Positions 40,102 to 49,841 of a DNA stretch of 64,000 nucleotides are shown piece after piece. The stretch is from an uncultured Fretibacterium sp. (GTDB lineage Bacteria > Synergistota > Synergistia > Synergistales > Aminobacteriaceae). Where the stretch lies: the NCBI GenBank assembly GCA_947168585.1, contig CAMVMK010000006.1, positions 15,984-79,983 on the forward strand. The letters are read 5' to 3'. Both the position numbers and the translations under genes were made by a program. Below the pieces are notes generated by a model. The model made no database searches. It saw only the letters and a program-made list of their open reading frames with translations, and was not told the origin of the DNA. Numbering within the stretch: the stretch's first letter is position 1; each line of letters starts with the position of its first letter.

Positions 40102-41819
40102 AAAAAATAATTTTAATTTCGATTTTTATATTTTCATGTCCGGCCTGCCTGTCGTGCAGACTGGCCTTTGCCGCTGAATTTGAAAATTATTATATTAATG
40201 AACATCAGGAAATTGAAAAGGAAACTAAGCAGGAAGATCAAGTTAAGCTCAACGCCGATAGAGTTTCTTTTAACGATGAGACCGGCCACGCTCTCGCTGA
40301 GGGCAACGCCGTTTTGACTTACAAAGATATTTCGATAATGGCCGAGAGACTTGACTATGACGCTGACAGTCAAAAAGTTCAAGCTATGCCGTTGCCTGAG
40401 CAGAAAGTCGTTATAACTAACGGAACGCAGACTATAAAAGGCGACACGTTAAATTACGACTTAAACTCCCGCGAAGGAATTTTGACCGGAGCATTAACTC
40501 AAGTTCCTGTCGGCGACGGCGGAGTTCTTTACGTTTACGGCGATGATATTGACGTAATTCCTTGGGAGCTTGCTCAAGAAAGAAAGTTAGTCAGCGGTTC
40601 TGCAGAAGATTATTTAATAGAATGGAAGAACGTTGTTTTAACTACCTGCGCACTCGATCACCCTCACTACAGGTTCGAGTCTAAAAAAATCTCGTTCATT
40701 CCCGGTAAAAAAGTCGTAGCTAAAAGACCTCGAATTTATTTAGGAAATACTTATTTATTCACGTCCCCTATGGATTACGTTGTGCAGTTAAAACGAAAAG
40801 CCGTAACTCATTCATTTTTACCTTATTTTCAACGAAGCGACTCGCGCGGCTACGGAATGGGCGTAACAGGCTCAATAGGCTGGGAGACCGGCCACGCTTC
40901 AATCGGTTTGGCTTGGGCAAGCAAAACAGGCTGGGAAACAATGTTTGAAGTTACTCAAGACTTAAACGAACATTTTTCGCTCAATGTCGGCATTGAACAT
41001 TCATGGGACGAAGAATGGAACGAACGGGTCTGGCGGCCTCATGCTTCTTTGACTTACGCAAACAGCGGCTGGAGTTATGTCTTAAAATGGGCAAAGAATG
41101 AATATATTTCAGACCAGAAAGACAGCACTACAAAATTTAAGGGAAGACTTGAACGCGCTCCGGAGTTTATTATTACAACGCCGTATTTCAGGACTTTCAA
41201 AAATTCTTGGGCGATAATCTCTGCGGCTTACGGACGTTTCCGCGAGTCAATTTACGGACAGCCCGACAGCGATTATATAAACCGTTACGGAATAGGTTTC
41301 AGAAATTATTTTGAGCGCGTCATTCATGAGCCCGGCAACATCGAATTTTTCTCTGACACTGAAGCGCGTGTATGGTTCTACGGAAGCGGCTGGGATCACG
41401 AAATGCTGCGGAGTTTCACGGGCTTGCGTTATAATTTAGGCTCAGTCGAGTTAGGGACGGGCTACGAGAGCCAGCGTATTTGGGGTGAAAGTCCTATGCA
41501 CTGGGACCAGTATAAAAAACGAAAGAGAATTCATCAAAAAGTCCGCTTTCCTGTCGGCAAAGAAGTTTATTTAGGAGTCCGCGGCAGTTATGACTTAGAA
41601 GACTCGCTCTTCGATGAAATGTTTTACAGTATTCAATGGGTTACTGACTGCATGGTCTGGGATCTGCACTATAAAAACGACAGAACTTCCGGCGGTGATA
41701 ACACTATCGGTTTGTCGCTGTCTATAAACGCTTTCCCGAATTCTCCTGCGTCTCTCGGCCAAAAAATCGAGAAAGACCCGTTTGAAAGACCGTCGGATCT
41801 TCCTAAAGATAAAAAGTAA
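40098..41819 (+). CDS. lptD: LptD/OstA-like outer-membrane protein
   Basis: Signal peptide from MKKIILISIFIF (ATG 40098 overlaps the lptC TGA). OstA-like N-domain (LNADRVSFNDETGHALAEGNAVLTYKDISIMAERLDYD). Aromatic-rich beta-barrel-like C-terminal part. Confidence 0.6.
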   Translation: MKKIILISIFIFSCPACLSCRLAFAAEFENYYINEHQEIEKETKQEDQVKLNADRVSFNDETGHALAEGNAVLTYKDISIMAERLDYDADSQKVQAMPLPEQKVVITNGTQTIKGDTLNYDLNSREGILTGALTQVPVGDGGVLYVYGDDIDVIPWELAQERKLVSGSAEDYLIEWKNVVLTTCALDHPHYRFESKKISFIPGKKVVAKRPRIYLGNTYLFTSPMDYVVQLKRKAVTHSFLPYFQRSDSRGYGMGVTGSIGWETGHASIGLAWASKTGWETMFEVTQDLNEHFSLNVGIEHSWDEEWNERVWRPHASLTYANSGWSYVLKWAKNEYISDQKDSTTKFKGRLERAPEFIITTPYFRTFKNSWAIISAAYGRFRESIYGQPDSDYINRYGIGFRNYFERVIHEPGNIEFFSDTEARVWFYGSGWDHEMLRSFTGLRYNLGSVELGTGYESQRIWGESPMHWDQYKKRKRIHQKVRFPVGKEVYLGVRGSYDLEDSLFDEMFYSIQWVTDCMVWDLHYKNDRTSGGDNTIGLSLSINAFPNSPASLGQKIEKDPFERPSDLPKDKK

Positions 41820-41838
41820 TTTTAAGAGGTGAAGTTTT

Positions 41839-42669
41839 ATGTTGTTATGTTATGTTGACGGAAAATTTGTCAAACCTGAAGACGCTAAACTGCCGCTTTC
41901 AGATTTAATCATTCAGCGCGGTGTCGGAGTCTTTGAGGCTCTTGCTACTTTCAATCTCAAGCCTTTAATGCTCACGCCCCACATGACCAGATTTATTAAC
42001 AGTGCAAAAAGCACCGGGCTTGTCAATATTCCCGACGTTGAAGAAATGAAAAAAATTATCCGCGAGGGAATTGCGAAACTTGGCCGCGATGTCCGCGTAA
42101 GGACTTTCTTAACAGGCGGAGACGAATTCAACACCGAAAAAGGCTGCTTTGAAAATCCGAGATTTTTTGTGATTTTCGATGAGGCCGGATATTTAACTGA
42201 TGAAGAATTTGAAAAAGGCTGGGTTTTAGAGCCTGTTACGGTCGGACGCAACGATCCTTCCGTCAAAAACGTTGACTATCGAATGACTTTCCAGTTACCT
42301 GCGGGCGTTAAAGATGTTTTATACTGTCCTGGCGGAGAAATTACAGAGTGCGGACACAGCAATTTCTTTTTAGTCTTAAAGAACGGGACTATCGTAACTG
42401 CTCCGCTCTCGAGAGTCTTAAAAGGTACAACGAGAACTGCAATTCTTGAACTCGCTCAGAAAGACGGAATGAAAGTCGAAGAACGCTGCCCCTTATGGTC
42501 AGAACTTGCAAGCGACAACGCAGCAGAAGCATTTATAACCGGAAGCATTAAAATGGTCGTGCCGATCGTCAAGGTCGGAGGAATTACCCTGAACGGCGGT
42601 AAGCCCGGCAAAGTTACACGGAGATTATTAGAACTTTACAAAAAACATCTTGAAAATTGGCTTGAATAA
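41839..42669 (+). CDS. class IV aminotransferase (branched-chain / D-amino-acid aminotransferase family)
   Basis: 276 aa with fold-type IV patterns (RGVGVFEA, SVKNVDY, ECGHSNFF, GTTR). Specificity cannot be called. Confidence 0.75.
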   Translation: MLLCYVDGKFVKPEDAKLPLSDLIIQRGVGVFEALATFNLKPLMLTPHMTRFINSAKSTGLVNIPDVEEMKKIIREGIAKLGRDVRVRTFLTGGDEFNTEKGCFENPRFFVIFDEAGYLTDEEFEKGWVLEPVTVGRNDPSVKNVDYRMTFQLPAGVKDVLYCPGGEITECGHSNFFLVLKNGTIVTAPLSRVLKGTTRTAILELAQKDGMKVEERCPLWSELASDNAAEAFITGSIKMVVPIVKVGGITLNGGKPGKVTRRLLELYKKHLENWLE

Positions 42670-42675
42670 GAAAAT

Positions 42676-42718
42676 AAGAATTAGGAGTGAGAAAAAATCT
42701 CTCATTCCTAATTCTTTT
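42676..42718 (+). terminator. intrinsic terminator built from a heptad AGG-repeat hairpin
   Basis: AAGAAUUAGGAGUGAGA (42676-42692) pairs with UCUCAUUCCUAAUUCUU (42700-42716). 17 bp with one G.U in the sense transcript, then UU. Confidence 0.8.
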
Positions 42719-42800
42719 GCATGTATAAAAATCAAGCTGTCTGAAATTTGTTTATAATATTAGTATAAAACAAGTAAAAGAAATTAATACCAAAAATTAA

Positions 42801-43382
42801 TTAAAATCCAAGTCCATTAAGCCAAACAGAAATTTCTTTTTCAGCTGATTCGCGTCTTTTTTGCGCTGTAGAGCCGGTCATTGCTAAAGGTTTGAGAACG
42901 TTTGAACCTTTCATTTTGCTTTTAAGAGTGCTTTCAGTTCGTCCTGCTCCGCTTCCTTCGTGAGTGCAGAACGGAATTATTTTTTTGCCGTTCCAATCGT
43001 GAGCCTCTATGAACGTATATAAGCACATCGGAATATCTCCCCACCAAATCGGATAGCCGATAAAAATAGTATCGTATTCGGAAATATCTTTATCTTCAAG
43101 AATTGCGGGGCGGGCCTTTTGATTCTGCTCTTTCTTTGCAACGTCAATACATTCATCATAAGCAGCAGGGTAAGGCTTTGAGGGTTTGACTTCAAAAAGT
43201 TCTGCGCCGGTCTTGTCAGCGATCATTTCAGCTAAAATCATAGTGTTGCCTTTTTCGATATAGCCGACGTTGTAATTTTCATCAGCGCGTGAATAAACTA
43301 TGACGAGAGTTTTTGCTTCAGCAGCACATGCCGAACTTGCTAAAATAGTTAAAGCTAAAATACTAAAAATTAATTTGTACAT
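42801..43382 (-). CDS. flavodoxin-family protein with an N-terminal signal peptide
   Basis: Signal-like N-terminus (ILASSACAAEA), then flavodoxin_4-like LVIVYSRADENYNVGY...IFIGYPIWWG. Confidence 0.7.
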   Translation of the reverse strand: MYKLIFSILALTILASSACAAEAKTLVIVYSRADENYNVGYIEKGNTMILAEMIADKTGAELFEVKPSKPYPAAYDECIDVAKKEQNQKARPAILEDKDISEYDTIFIGYPIWWGDIPMCLYTFIEAHDWNGKKIIPFCTHEGSGAGRTESTLKSKMKGSNVLKPLAMTGSTAQKRRESAEKEISVWLNGLGF

Positions 43383-44162
43383 TTATTTTTCCTCCTTAAA
43401 ATTTGCAGCAGCGTCATTAACACATTTTATAGCGTTAAGACTTCTGGGGTAGCCGATAAATGGCAGGCATTGAGATACAACTTTAATTAAAAATTCTTTA
43501 TCGTTGCCGACTTTCATATTTCCGAGCGCATGAGCCGTTAATTGAGGTTCACAGCCGCCCTGAGCCATAAGATAGCAGAAAGTAATCATCTCGCGCTGTT
43601 TCAAGTCAAGTCCTTTGCGAGTGTAGTAATCGCCGAAACAATTTCCTGCAAGCCATAAATTTATATTTCCGGCTTTCCAAAAATCACGCATATTTTCGCC
43701 GAAAATATCAACTTGAGCTTGAGTGCCTTTTTCGCGTCTCGTTTCTTTCGTTGTTGTTGATTGAGACTCGAGCGGCAGTTTTATTCCGCGTGCTTCAAAA
43801 ACTTCGTTCACTGCTTTCAAAAACGGATTAACTCTCCCGATACCTAAATAAGCGACAGCCTGATAAATAATTTCTTTGATCTCAACAGGTGTAACTCCGG
43901 CATCAAGAGCAACCGGTACAACTTCACGGAACTCGTCAACGCCCTGACAGCCGAGCAAAGTTGCTAAGACAGCCATAAAACGGGTCTTATTATCAAGTTC
44001 AATTGCGTCATTGACTTCAGCGGAAAAATTATTAAAGATTTCATAAATATCTAGATCTGTCTGCGAAAATTCTCTTAAATACAAATTATCTGCCTCCTTT
44101 GAATTTGCATTGCACGAAACTGCAAAAGTTAAAGTAATTAAGAGCGCGAGCAAAACTTTCAA
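43383..44162 (-). CDS. carboxymuconolactone decarboxylase (CMD/AhpD-like) family protein with a signal peptide
   Basis: Two CMD-like halves (e.g. REMITFCYLMAQGGCEPQLTAHALGNMKVGNDKEFLIKVVSQCLPFIGYPRSLNA). Lipobox-like N-terminus (FAVSC). Confidence 0.7.
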   Translation of the reverse strand: MKVLLALLITLTFAVSCNANSKEADNLYLREFSQTDLDIYEIFNNFSAEVNDAIELDNKTRFMAVLATLLGCQGVDEFREVVPVALDAGVTPVEIKEIIYQAVAYLGIGRVNPFLKAVNEVFEARGIKLPLESQSTTTKETRREKGTQAQVDIFGENMRDFWKAGNINLWLAGNCFGDYYTRKGLDLKQREMITFCYLMAQGGCEPQLTAHALGNMKVGNDKEFLIKVVSQCLPFIGYPRSLNAIKCVNDAAANFKEEK

Positions 44163-44218
44163 ATTAAATCACCTCACTTTGAATTATAAAACATTAAAGA
44201 CGGGTTTAAGTCAAGTTT

Positions 44219-45520
44219 TTAAGATAAAAATTTTTCCGCTAAATCTTCATTCCCGAAGAAATTAATATGAAGATAAGACGCTAAAATATTTTCACTTGCC
44301 CAGCCTCCGAAAGATTTTTCTAATTTATTTCGGCGCGTCAATTCAAAGGCGCAATTATTTTTATAAAAATTAAATTCGGGTTCAACCCTCGAATAATGAA
44401 ATTCATGACCTCGAATAATTTTATTTTTTCCGCAAAGCAGATTTTCTTTTAATGCTCTCGCTTCCATGTAGCCTATAACGGGGCGTTTAGTCATGAAAGA
44501 ATTAAAAGGCAGAAGCCCGGCCATTTTGAAATTTTCAAGATTTTTGCAAAGATACATAAGGCCGCCGCACTCAGCTAAAATTTTTTTACGGCAGTTTCTG
44601 ACGCTCTCTAACATTGAAAAATTTTCAGAAAGTTCGTTTGCAAAAACTTCCGGGAATCCTCCGCCGAAAATATAAGCGTCTGCTTCGGGTAAAATTTTAT
44701 CGCGTAAAGGGCTGAAAAAAATTATCTCTGCTCCTAAATTCCGCAAAGTTTCAAGACTTTCAGGATAATAAAATGAAAATGCTTCATCGCGGGCAACAGC
44801 AATGTGAGTGATGAGTGAGGAGTGAGGAGTGAGGAGTGAAAAAGGACAGTGAGGAATTAGCGGTGAGAGATTAGAAATTTTTAATATTTCGTCTAAGTTC
44901 AAATTTTTTTCGACTAAATCAGCAAGATTTTCAAAATCAAATTTATTTTCAAATACAGGCAATAAACCTAAATGACGCTCCGGGATTTTTAATTTATCAT
45001 CGCGGGGCAAAGCTCCTAAAAATTTTATATTAACTTTTTCGAGAGAATTTGAAATTATTTTCGCGTGATTTTCCGAGCCCGTACAGTTCAAAATTACTCC
45101 GGCGATTTTTATTTCTGGGTCGAAATTTTTGAAGCCTAAAGCTACAGCCGCCGCACTCTCGCCCAAAGATTTAGCGTTAATTACAAGAATTACAGGAACT
45201 TTTAATAATTTTGCGATCTTGGCCGTACTGTTTTCTCCGCCGTCATAAAGTCCCATTGCTCCTTCGATAATTGCAAGGTCTTTATCTTTTGAAGTACGCG
45301 AAAAAAGTTCGAGAGTTTTATCTTCGCTCATAAGCCAAGTATCGAGATTATAAGCCTCGCATTTTCCGGCGCGTCTTAAATATTCCGTGTCGATATAGTC
45401 CGGCCCGGTTTTATAAGCACAGAGTTTTAAGCCGCGTTTTTGAAAAGCCCTCAAAAGTCCGCAGGCGATTGAAGTTTTTCCGGCACTGCTTGAAGTTCCT
45501 GAAATTATTATAGCTTTCAC
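44219..45520 (-). CDS. cbiA: cobyrinate a,c-diamide synthase
   Basis: P-loop GTSSSAGKTSIACGL, PDYID and the GATase domain starting IAVARDEAFSFYY. The interdomain linker is encoded by a heptad repeat. Confidence 0.85.
   Translation of the reverse strand: MKAIIISGTSSSAGKTSIACGLLRAFQKRGLKLCAYKTGPDYIDTEYLRRAGKCEAYNLDTWLMSEDKTLELFSRTSKDKDLAIIEGAMGLYDGGENSTAKIAKLLKVPVILVINAKSLGESAAAVALGFKNFDPEIKIAGVILNCTGSENHAKIISNSLEKVNIKFLGALPRDDKLKIPERHLGLLPVFENKFDFENLADLVEKNLNLDEILKISNLSPLIPHCPFSLLTPHSSLITHIAVARDEAFSFYYPESLETLRNLGAEIIFFSPLRDKILPEADAYIFGGGFPEVFANELSENFSMLESVRNCRKKILAECGGLMYLCKNLENFKMAGLLPFNSFMTKRPVIGYMEARALKENLLCGKNKIIRGHEFHYSRVEPEFNFYKNNCAFELTRRNKLEKSFGGWASENILASYLHINFFGNEDLAEKFLS
44804..44878. 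repeat. heptad AGG-repeat element embedded in frame in cbiA
   Basis: GTGAGTGATGAGTGAGGAGTGAGGAGTGAGGAGTGAAAAAGGACAGTGAGGAATTAGCGGTGAGAGATTAGAAAT on the plus strand. It is translated on the minus strand as SNLSPLIPHCPFSLLTPHSSLITH. Confidence 0.8.
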
Positions 45521-46059
45521 TGTTTAACAGGCTCGCCTGTACGGCCGACAGGCAAACTTTTTTCGAGAACCCGCCACAAAATTAACGCAGCTATAAACGA
45601 AATTAAATATTTAACGCCTACGACCGGGACATTATAAAAGAGCGAATAAGCCCAAGGATTTTGACCTTCGGGAGCGTATTGGCTGAAAAAATATGCACCG
45701 CTTACTACAAAGCAGGAAATTTGACAGAAAGCAGCAAGAATAAATCCTAAAATTTTTGGACTTACAGCGGCAAGCCCCACGCACATGAAAGCCAGCGGAT
45801 AATCAAGAACGGCCTGCAATAGATTAAGAACATATCCGCCGAGCAAAATTTTTAAGAGGCCGGTTAAAGCCCCGACTAAAAGTCCTTTTTTGAGGCCGCG
45901 ACGGTACGCGAAAATCATCAGCGGGACAAGTTCTAAATTGATTGTTCCCTCCTGAGGCATTTTGAATAAATAAAAATATGAAAGAACTATTGAAAGAGCA
46001 ATACATAAAGCCCCTTCGGCCATTATGATAACGTTATTATGATTATGTTTTGAAGGCAT
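45517..46059 (-). CDS. ECF-transporter S component, ThiT-like
   Basis: 180-aa protein with 6 TM helices. The C-terminal PWAYSLFYN segment resembles ThiT. Substrate not determinable. Confidence 0.45.
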   Translation of the reverse strand: MPSKHNHNNVIIMAEGALCIALSIVLSYFYLFKMPQEGTINLELVPLMIFAYRRGLKKGLLVGALTGLLKILLGGYVLNLLQAVLDYPLAFMCVGLAAVSPKILGFILAAFCQISCFVVSGAYFFSQYAPEGQNPWAYSLFYNVPVVGVKYLISFIAALILWRVLEKSLPVGRTGEPVKQ

Positions 46060-46207
46060 GATAAAAAACTCTCTCCGTTAAAAAATTTCTGTAAAAATAA
46101 TTATACGCCGGTTAAAAATTTCATGATAAAATCCCGAAAATAAAAACAAGTTTTACAAAGTTTTATTAGTCTAATTCCAAAAGAGAAAGAGAAGGGGAAA
46201 TAAATTC

Positions 46208-47725
46208 ATGAAGAGAAAATTTCAAAAGTTAATTCCGTTTTTAATTTTAGCTTTGCTCGTTTTATCGTTATCCGGCTGTAACGGCAGTTCGTCAAGCTAT
46301 AACATTAATAGCGACACAACTACAGACGATACTACAACCGAAGACGACACTACGACTTCGGGCGGAAGCGCAACAATTACAACAGAAACAGACAGCGACG
46401 GAAGAGTAATTACAAAAATAGTTCTTTCGACAAGCAGCACATCATCAGTGAATGTCGCGGCAAATTCTATAAAAAATTATGACTGTGTTTGGAATATAGC
46501 TTCCGATAAAGGAGAATATTGGACTTACAACGGCAATACTTACAATGACGAGCAAGAACTTCAAGACGCTATGGGAATTGATGACAGCGGAGTATATATT
46601 GCTCATGATGTCCGTTACGTCCCTAATACCCTGAACTTCAGCGGCACAGCTTCAAAGGCAACGGACGATAATGAACAGTGCAAAGTCGCTTATTACAGCG
46701 AGAGCCTTGCAGGAAGTTCAAATTATATTTTAGCGGCTATCCCTACCGATAGAAGCGAATATCTTTCAAACATGGTTCACTCGGCTTCAGACGCTTATAA
46801 TAACCCTGTTCTTCATATTACGAAGCCCGGACATTATGCTCTTTCAGGAACTTGGAACGGTCAAATTTGGGTCGATATTCCCGATGAGTCAGTTACTTCC
46901 GGCGTAGATACAGAAGACGATTCAAACGCTCAAGTCGTTTTAATTTTAGACAACCTCACGGTAAAATGTAATGTCGCTCCGGCTTTAGTTTTCAAAAATG
47001 TTTATCAATGCGCCAGTGATATTGATACGTCCTCCGAAGTTTCAGCTTTAATGGCTAACGATAAATACAGTATCGGAGCAAAACTCTCTGACGGTACAAA
47101 AGATTACGCAGGCGCGATAATTTTATTATCAGCCGGTTCAACAAACAGTTTAACTGGAACAAACGTTGCGAGAATGAATAAACTCAAAATTAACGAAGAT
47201 GACGGCTACACGACCTCAAATGTCGGCCAATATGTAAAAGCCCAAAAGAAATTATATAAACTTGACGCTGCTTTACATTCGAGACAATCATTAATAATCG
47301 GCAACGACAGCACAACAGACGGAACTCTCAATATTACTTCGACGAATTACGAGGGGTTCGGTTCTGAACTTCATATGTTAATAGACAGCGGCAAAGTTAA
47401 TATAACGGCTGCTGATGACGGAATTAACGTTAATGAAGATGACGTTTCAGTCTTTACCCAGACGGGCGGAACTCTCACAATAACTTCAACTTACGGCGAC
47501 GGAATTGACTCTAACGGCTACGTATCTTTGAAAAATTGCACGCTCAATATTACAGCAGGACAATCGAAGCAAAATTCAGCGGGCGAGGCCGGTATTGATG
47601 CAGAAAAAGATGTTACTATCGACAGCACTGTAAATTATACTTGGACAGCTTCGAGCAACAGCGGCGGCGGTACTGCTCCCGGCAACGGCGATAATCCTCC
47701 TGCGTTACCCGGACAGCAGCAATAA
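46208..47725 (+). CDS. lipoprotein with a Cthe_2159-like beta-helix (carbohydrate-binding-domain family)
   Basis: Lipobox LSLSGC. Repeated DDGINVNEDD / YGDGIDSNGY turns as in the Cthe_2159 family (from memory). Paralog of the next gene. Confidence 0.65.
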   Translation: MKRKFQKLIPFLILALLVLSLSGCNGSSSSYNINSDTTTDDTTTEDDTTTSGGSATITTETDSDGRVITKIVLSTSSTSSVNVAANSIKNYDCVWNIASDKGEYWTYNGNTYNDEQELQDAMGIDDSGVYIAHDVRYVPNTLNFSGTASKATDDNEQCKVAYYSESLAGSSNYILAAIPTDRSEYLSNMVHSASDAYNNPVLHITKPGHYALSGTWNGQIWVDIPDESVTSGVDTEDDSNAQVVLILDNLTVKCNVAPALVFKNVYQCASDIDTSSEVSALMANDKYSIGAKLSDGTKDYAGAIILLSAGSTNSLTGTNVARMNKLKINEDDGYTTSNVGQYVKAQKKLYKLDAALHSRQSLIIGNDSTTDGTLNITSTNYEGFGSELHMLIDSGKVNITAADDGINVNEDDVSVFTQTGGTLTITSTYGDGIDSNGYVSLKNCTLNITAGQSKQNSAGEAGIDAEKDVTIDSTVNYTWTASSNSGGGTAPGNGDNPPALPGQQQ

Positions 47726-47742
47726 TTGAAATTAAAAATTTC

Positions 47743-47786
47743 ACGGTCTTCTGATAAATAAACGGGAGGCCGTTTTTTTATTTTTT
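47743..47786 (+). terminator. intrinsic terminator between the two lipoprotein paralogs
   Basis: ACGGUCUUC-13 nt-GGAGGCCGU (9 bp including 2 G.U) followed by UUUUUUUAUUUUUU. Confidence 0.8.
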
Positions 47787-47830
47787 GCTTTATAATTTAC
47801 TAAATTTCAAAAGGAGAAAAATTAAAAATC

Positions 47831-49840
47831 ATGAAAAAAATTAGCGGCGCGTTTTATTTTATAGTGATAGCGTGTGCTGTGTTTTCATTATCAGGGTGCA
47901 GCGGAAGTTCAAGTAAAAATAATACCGCAGGCACAGCCGAAGTCGCAGAAGTTGCCGTGCTGACCTCTCCGGCCTTAGAAGTTTATAGAGATTATAAAAT
48001 CATCAAAGGCGCGTCAATATCGGGCATGGACGGTGCTCAATATTACGTGGCTGGCGACATCGGAGACGAAAACTCTCAGGCTACTTTGAATTTAGGTTTC
48101 AGCGGAGAATTTGACGTTAATTCAACTTTTGCTGTCGTCAACGTCTCGACAAACCGCGTAGTTTTTGCTTACGACCCTAAAGGAAACACAGACGAATGGA
48201 AAACAAGCGGAAATATCGCAACTACCGGCGGCTATCGTTTGAGTTATAACGGCTTGACGATTGAACAGGAAACGGCTGAAGTTTCAGCAGCTGTCGGCCC
48301 GGTCTATTCATCAAGCAGCATAAATTACATAAAATTAAATTCAACTTCAGCAACAATAACTAAATCATCAAGTTCAAAGTCCGTCCCTAAATATGATTAC
48401 GTTTGGCACGCCGAGCCCGACTCAAACGGCGAATATTTTTCTGAAGGTCTTTACGGCGATATTATAGATAGTTATTCTGTAGATGACGGAGTTTATATTG
48501 CCCGTGATGTTAGATATTTGACTGAAAACGCAAATTTCACCGGAACTGCAACAAAAGACGGAGAAACAGAATACGCTGCTTATTATTCTGATTCAGTAGC
48601 AAGCGAAGCCGCAAGTAATTACGGATCAGCTTACGGAGGGCCTTATATTTTCGCAACTCTTCCAAGAACTCAAAATTCTTCACTCTCAAGCGTTACAGCT
48701 TCAATGACTCATTCAGCATCGGAAGCGTATAACAATCCCGTTCTTCATATTGCTGAAGCCGGAATTTATTCGCTCTCAGGAACTTGGAACGGTCAAATTT
48801 ATGTCGAGGCTGACGCTGTTATAATCCTCAACGGCGTTACTGTTATCTGCACAGTTGCTCCGGCGATAATTTTTGACGCGGCTGAATACGGCCTGTCTGA
48901 TGAAACTTCTGTAGCTTCAACTTGGAAAACTTTAGGAAAAACTTTGCTTGATGACTTAACGGACGCTAACGCAAATTTAGTGATCATTGCTGACGGAACT
49001 ACGAACACTTTTACGGGCTCGAATGTTTACAGAATTTTGAAAGCCGAACCGAAATCTTCAGCGACTAAAGTCAACGGCAAAGATATTTCCGACCAGAAAA
49101 AATTATATAAAATGGACGGAGCTTTTTATTCTTACGTCTCGCTTGCTATCTGCGGAGAAAATGACGGAACGGGAATTTTGAATATTAATTCGTCAACTTT
49201 CGAGGGTTTAGGCTCTGAACTTCATTTGACTGTCGAGGGCGGAAAAATTAACGTTACTGCTCCCGATGACGGAATTAACGTCAATGAAGATAATATTTCC
49301 GTTTTTACTCAGCTCGGCGGAACTCTTACAATTAAATCAACATACGGCGACGGAATTGACTCTAACGGCTATATCGCAATCAACGGCGGAAATTTGAATA
49401 TCTCAGCAGGAACTCAAAAAACAGGCACAGCCGGTGAAGCAGGACTTGACGTTGAAAAAGATTATTATATTTCAAGCAGCGCAAAATACACATGGACAGC
49501 GGCAGGCTCTTCAGGTTCTTCAAATTTTCCGATAATAACGAGCGGCGACATAAGCAGGGACGTAACCTGGCGTGAAATTCAACAGGATAATCTTAATTCA
49601 ACATCGACATCAACATCAACAACTGTTAATAAAGAAGAAAGTTATAAATACGATGACGCGAATATTTTAACAGCCGCCAAACAAACTGAAAAAGGCGTAA
49701 CGGCTATTAATGTCGGACGCGGAAATAATTTAAGTTTTATTCAGAGCGACACAGACACTAAAGCCCGAAATATAAGCACGAGCGGAAATGTTTTCAGGCT
49801 CGACAGAAAAATTAACACGTTTTCAGGAATTAGAAATTAA
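47831..49840 (+). CDS. lipoprotein with a Cthe_2159-like beta-helix, longer paralog
   Basis: Lipobox FSLSGC. Shares HSASEAYNNPVLHI..SGTWNGQI and DDGINVNED..TYGDGIDSNGY blocks with 46208-47725. Confidence 0.65.
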   Translation: MKKISGAFYFIVIACAVFSLSGCSGSSSKNNTAGTAEVAEVAVLTSPALEVYRDYKIIKGASISGMDGAQYYVAGDIGDENSQATLNLGFSGEFDVNSTFAVVNVSTNRVVFAYDPKGNTDEWKTSGNIATTGGYRLSYNGLTIEQETAEVSAAVGPVYSSSSINYIKLNSTSATITKSSSSKSVPKYDYVWHAEPDSNGEYFSEGLYGDIIDSYSVDDGVYIARDVRYLTENANFTGTATKDGETEYAAYYSDSVASEAASNYGSAYGGPYIFATLPRTQNSSLSSVTASMTHSASEAYNNPVLHIAEAGIYSLSGTWNGQIYVEADAVIILNGVTVICTVAPAIIFDAAEYGLSDETSVASTWKTLGKTLLDDLTDANANLVIIADGTTNTFTGSNVYRILKAEPKSSATKVNGKDISDQKKLYKMDGAFYSYVSLAICGENDGTGILNINSSTFEGLGSELHLTVEGGKINVTAPDDGINVNEDNISVFTQLGGTLTIKSTYGDGIDSNGYIAINGGNLNISAGTQKTGTAGEAGLDVEKDYYISSSAKYTWTAAGSSGSSNFPIITSGDISRDVTWREIQQDNLNSTSTSTSTTVNKEESYKYDDANILTAAKQTEKGVTAINVGRGNNLSFIQSDTDTKARNISTSGNVFRLDRKINTFSGIRN

Positions 49841-49841
49841 T

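Noticed and set aside
44804-44878. Heptad arrays as a CRISPR-like array or a phase-variable microsatellite.
   Set aside because: The units are 7 nt with no spacers and no cas genes, so this is not CRISPR. The units are imperfect rather than a pure tandem tract, and 7-nt slippage inside cbiA would shift the frame, so a contingency locus is unlikely.
46060-46207. A TPP or cobalamin riboswitch upstream of the ThiT-like/cbiA operon.
   Set aside because: On the minus strand I find only a TATAAT box and a leader of about 35 nt. There is no CUGAGA/ACCUGA TPP core and no B12-box-like sequence.
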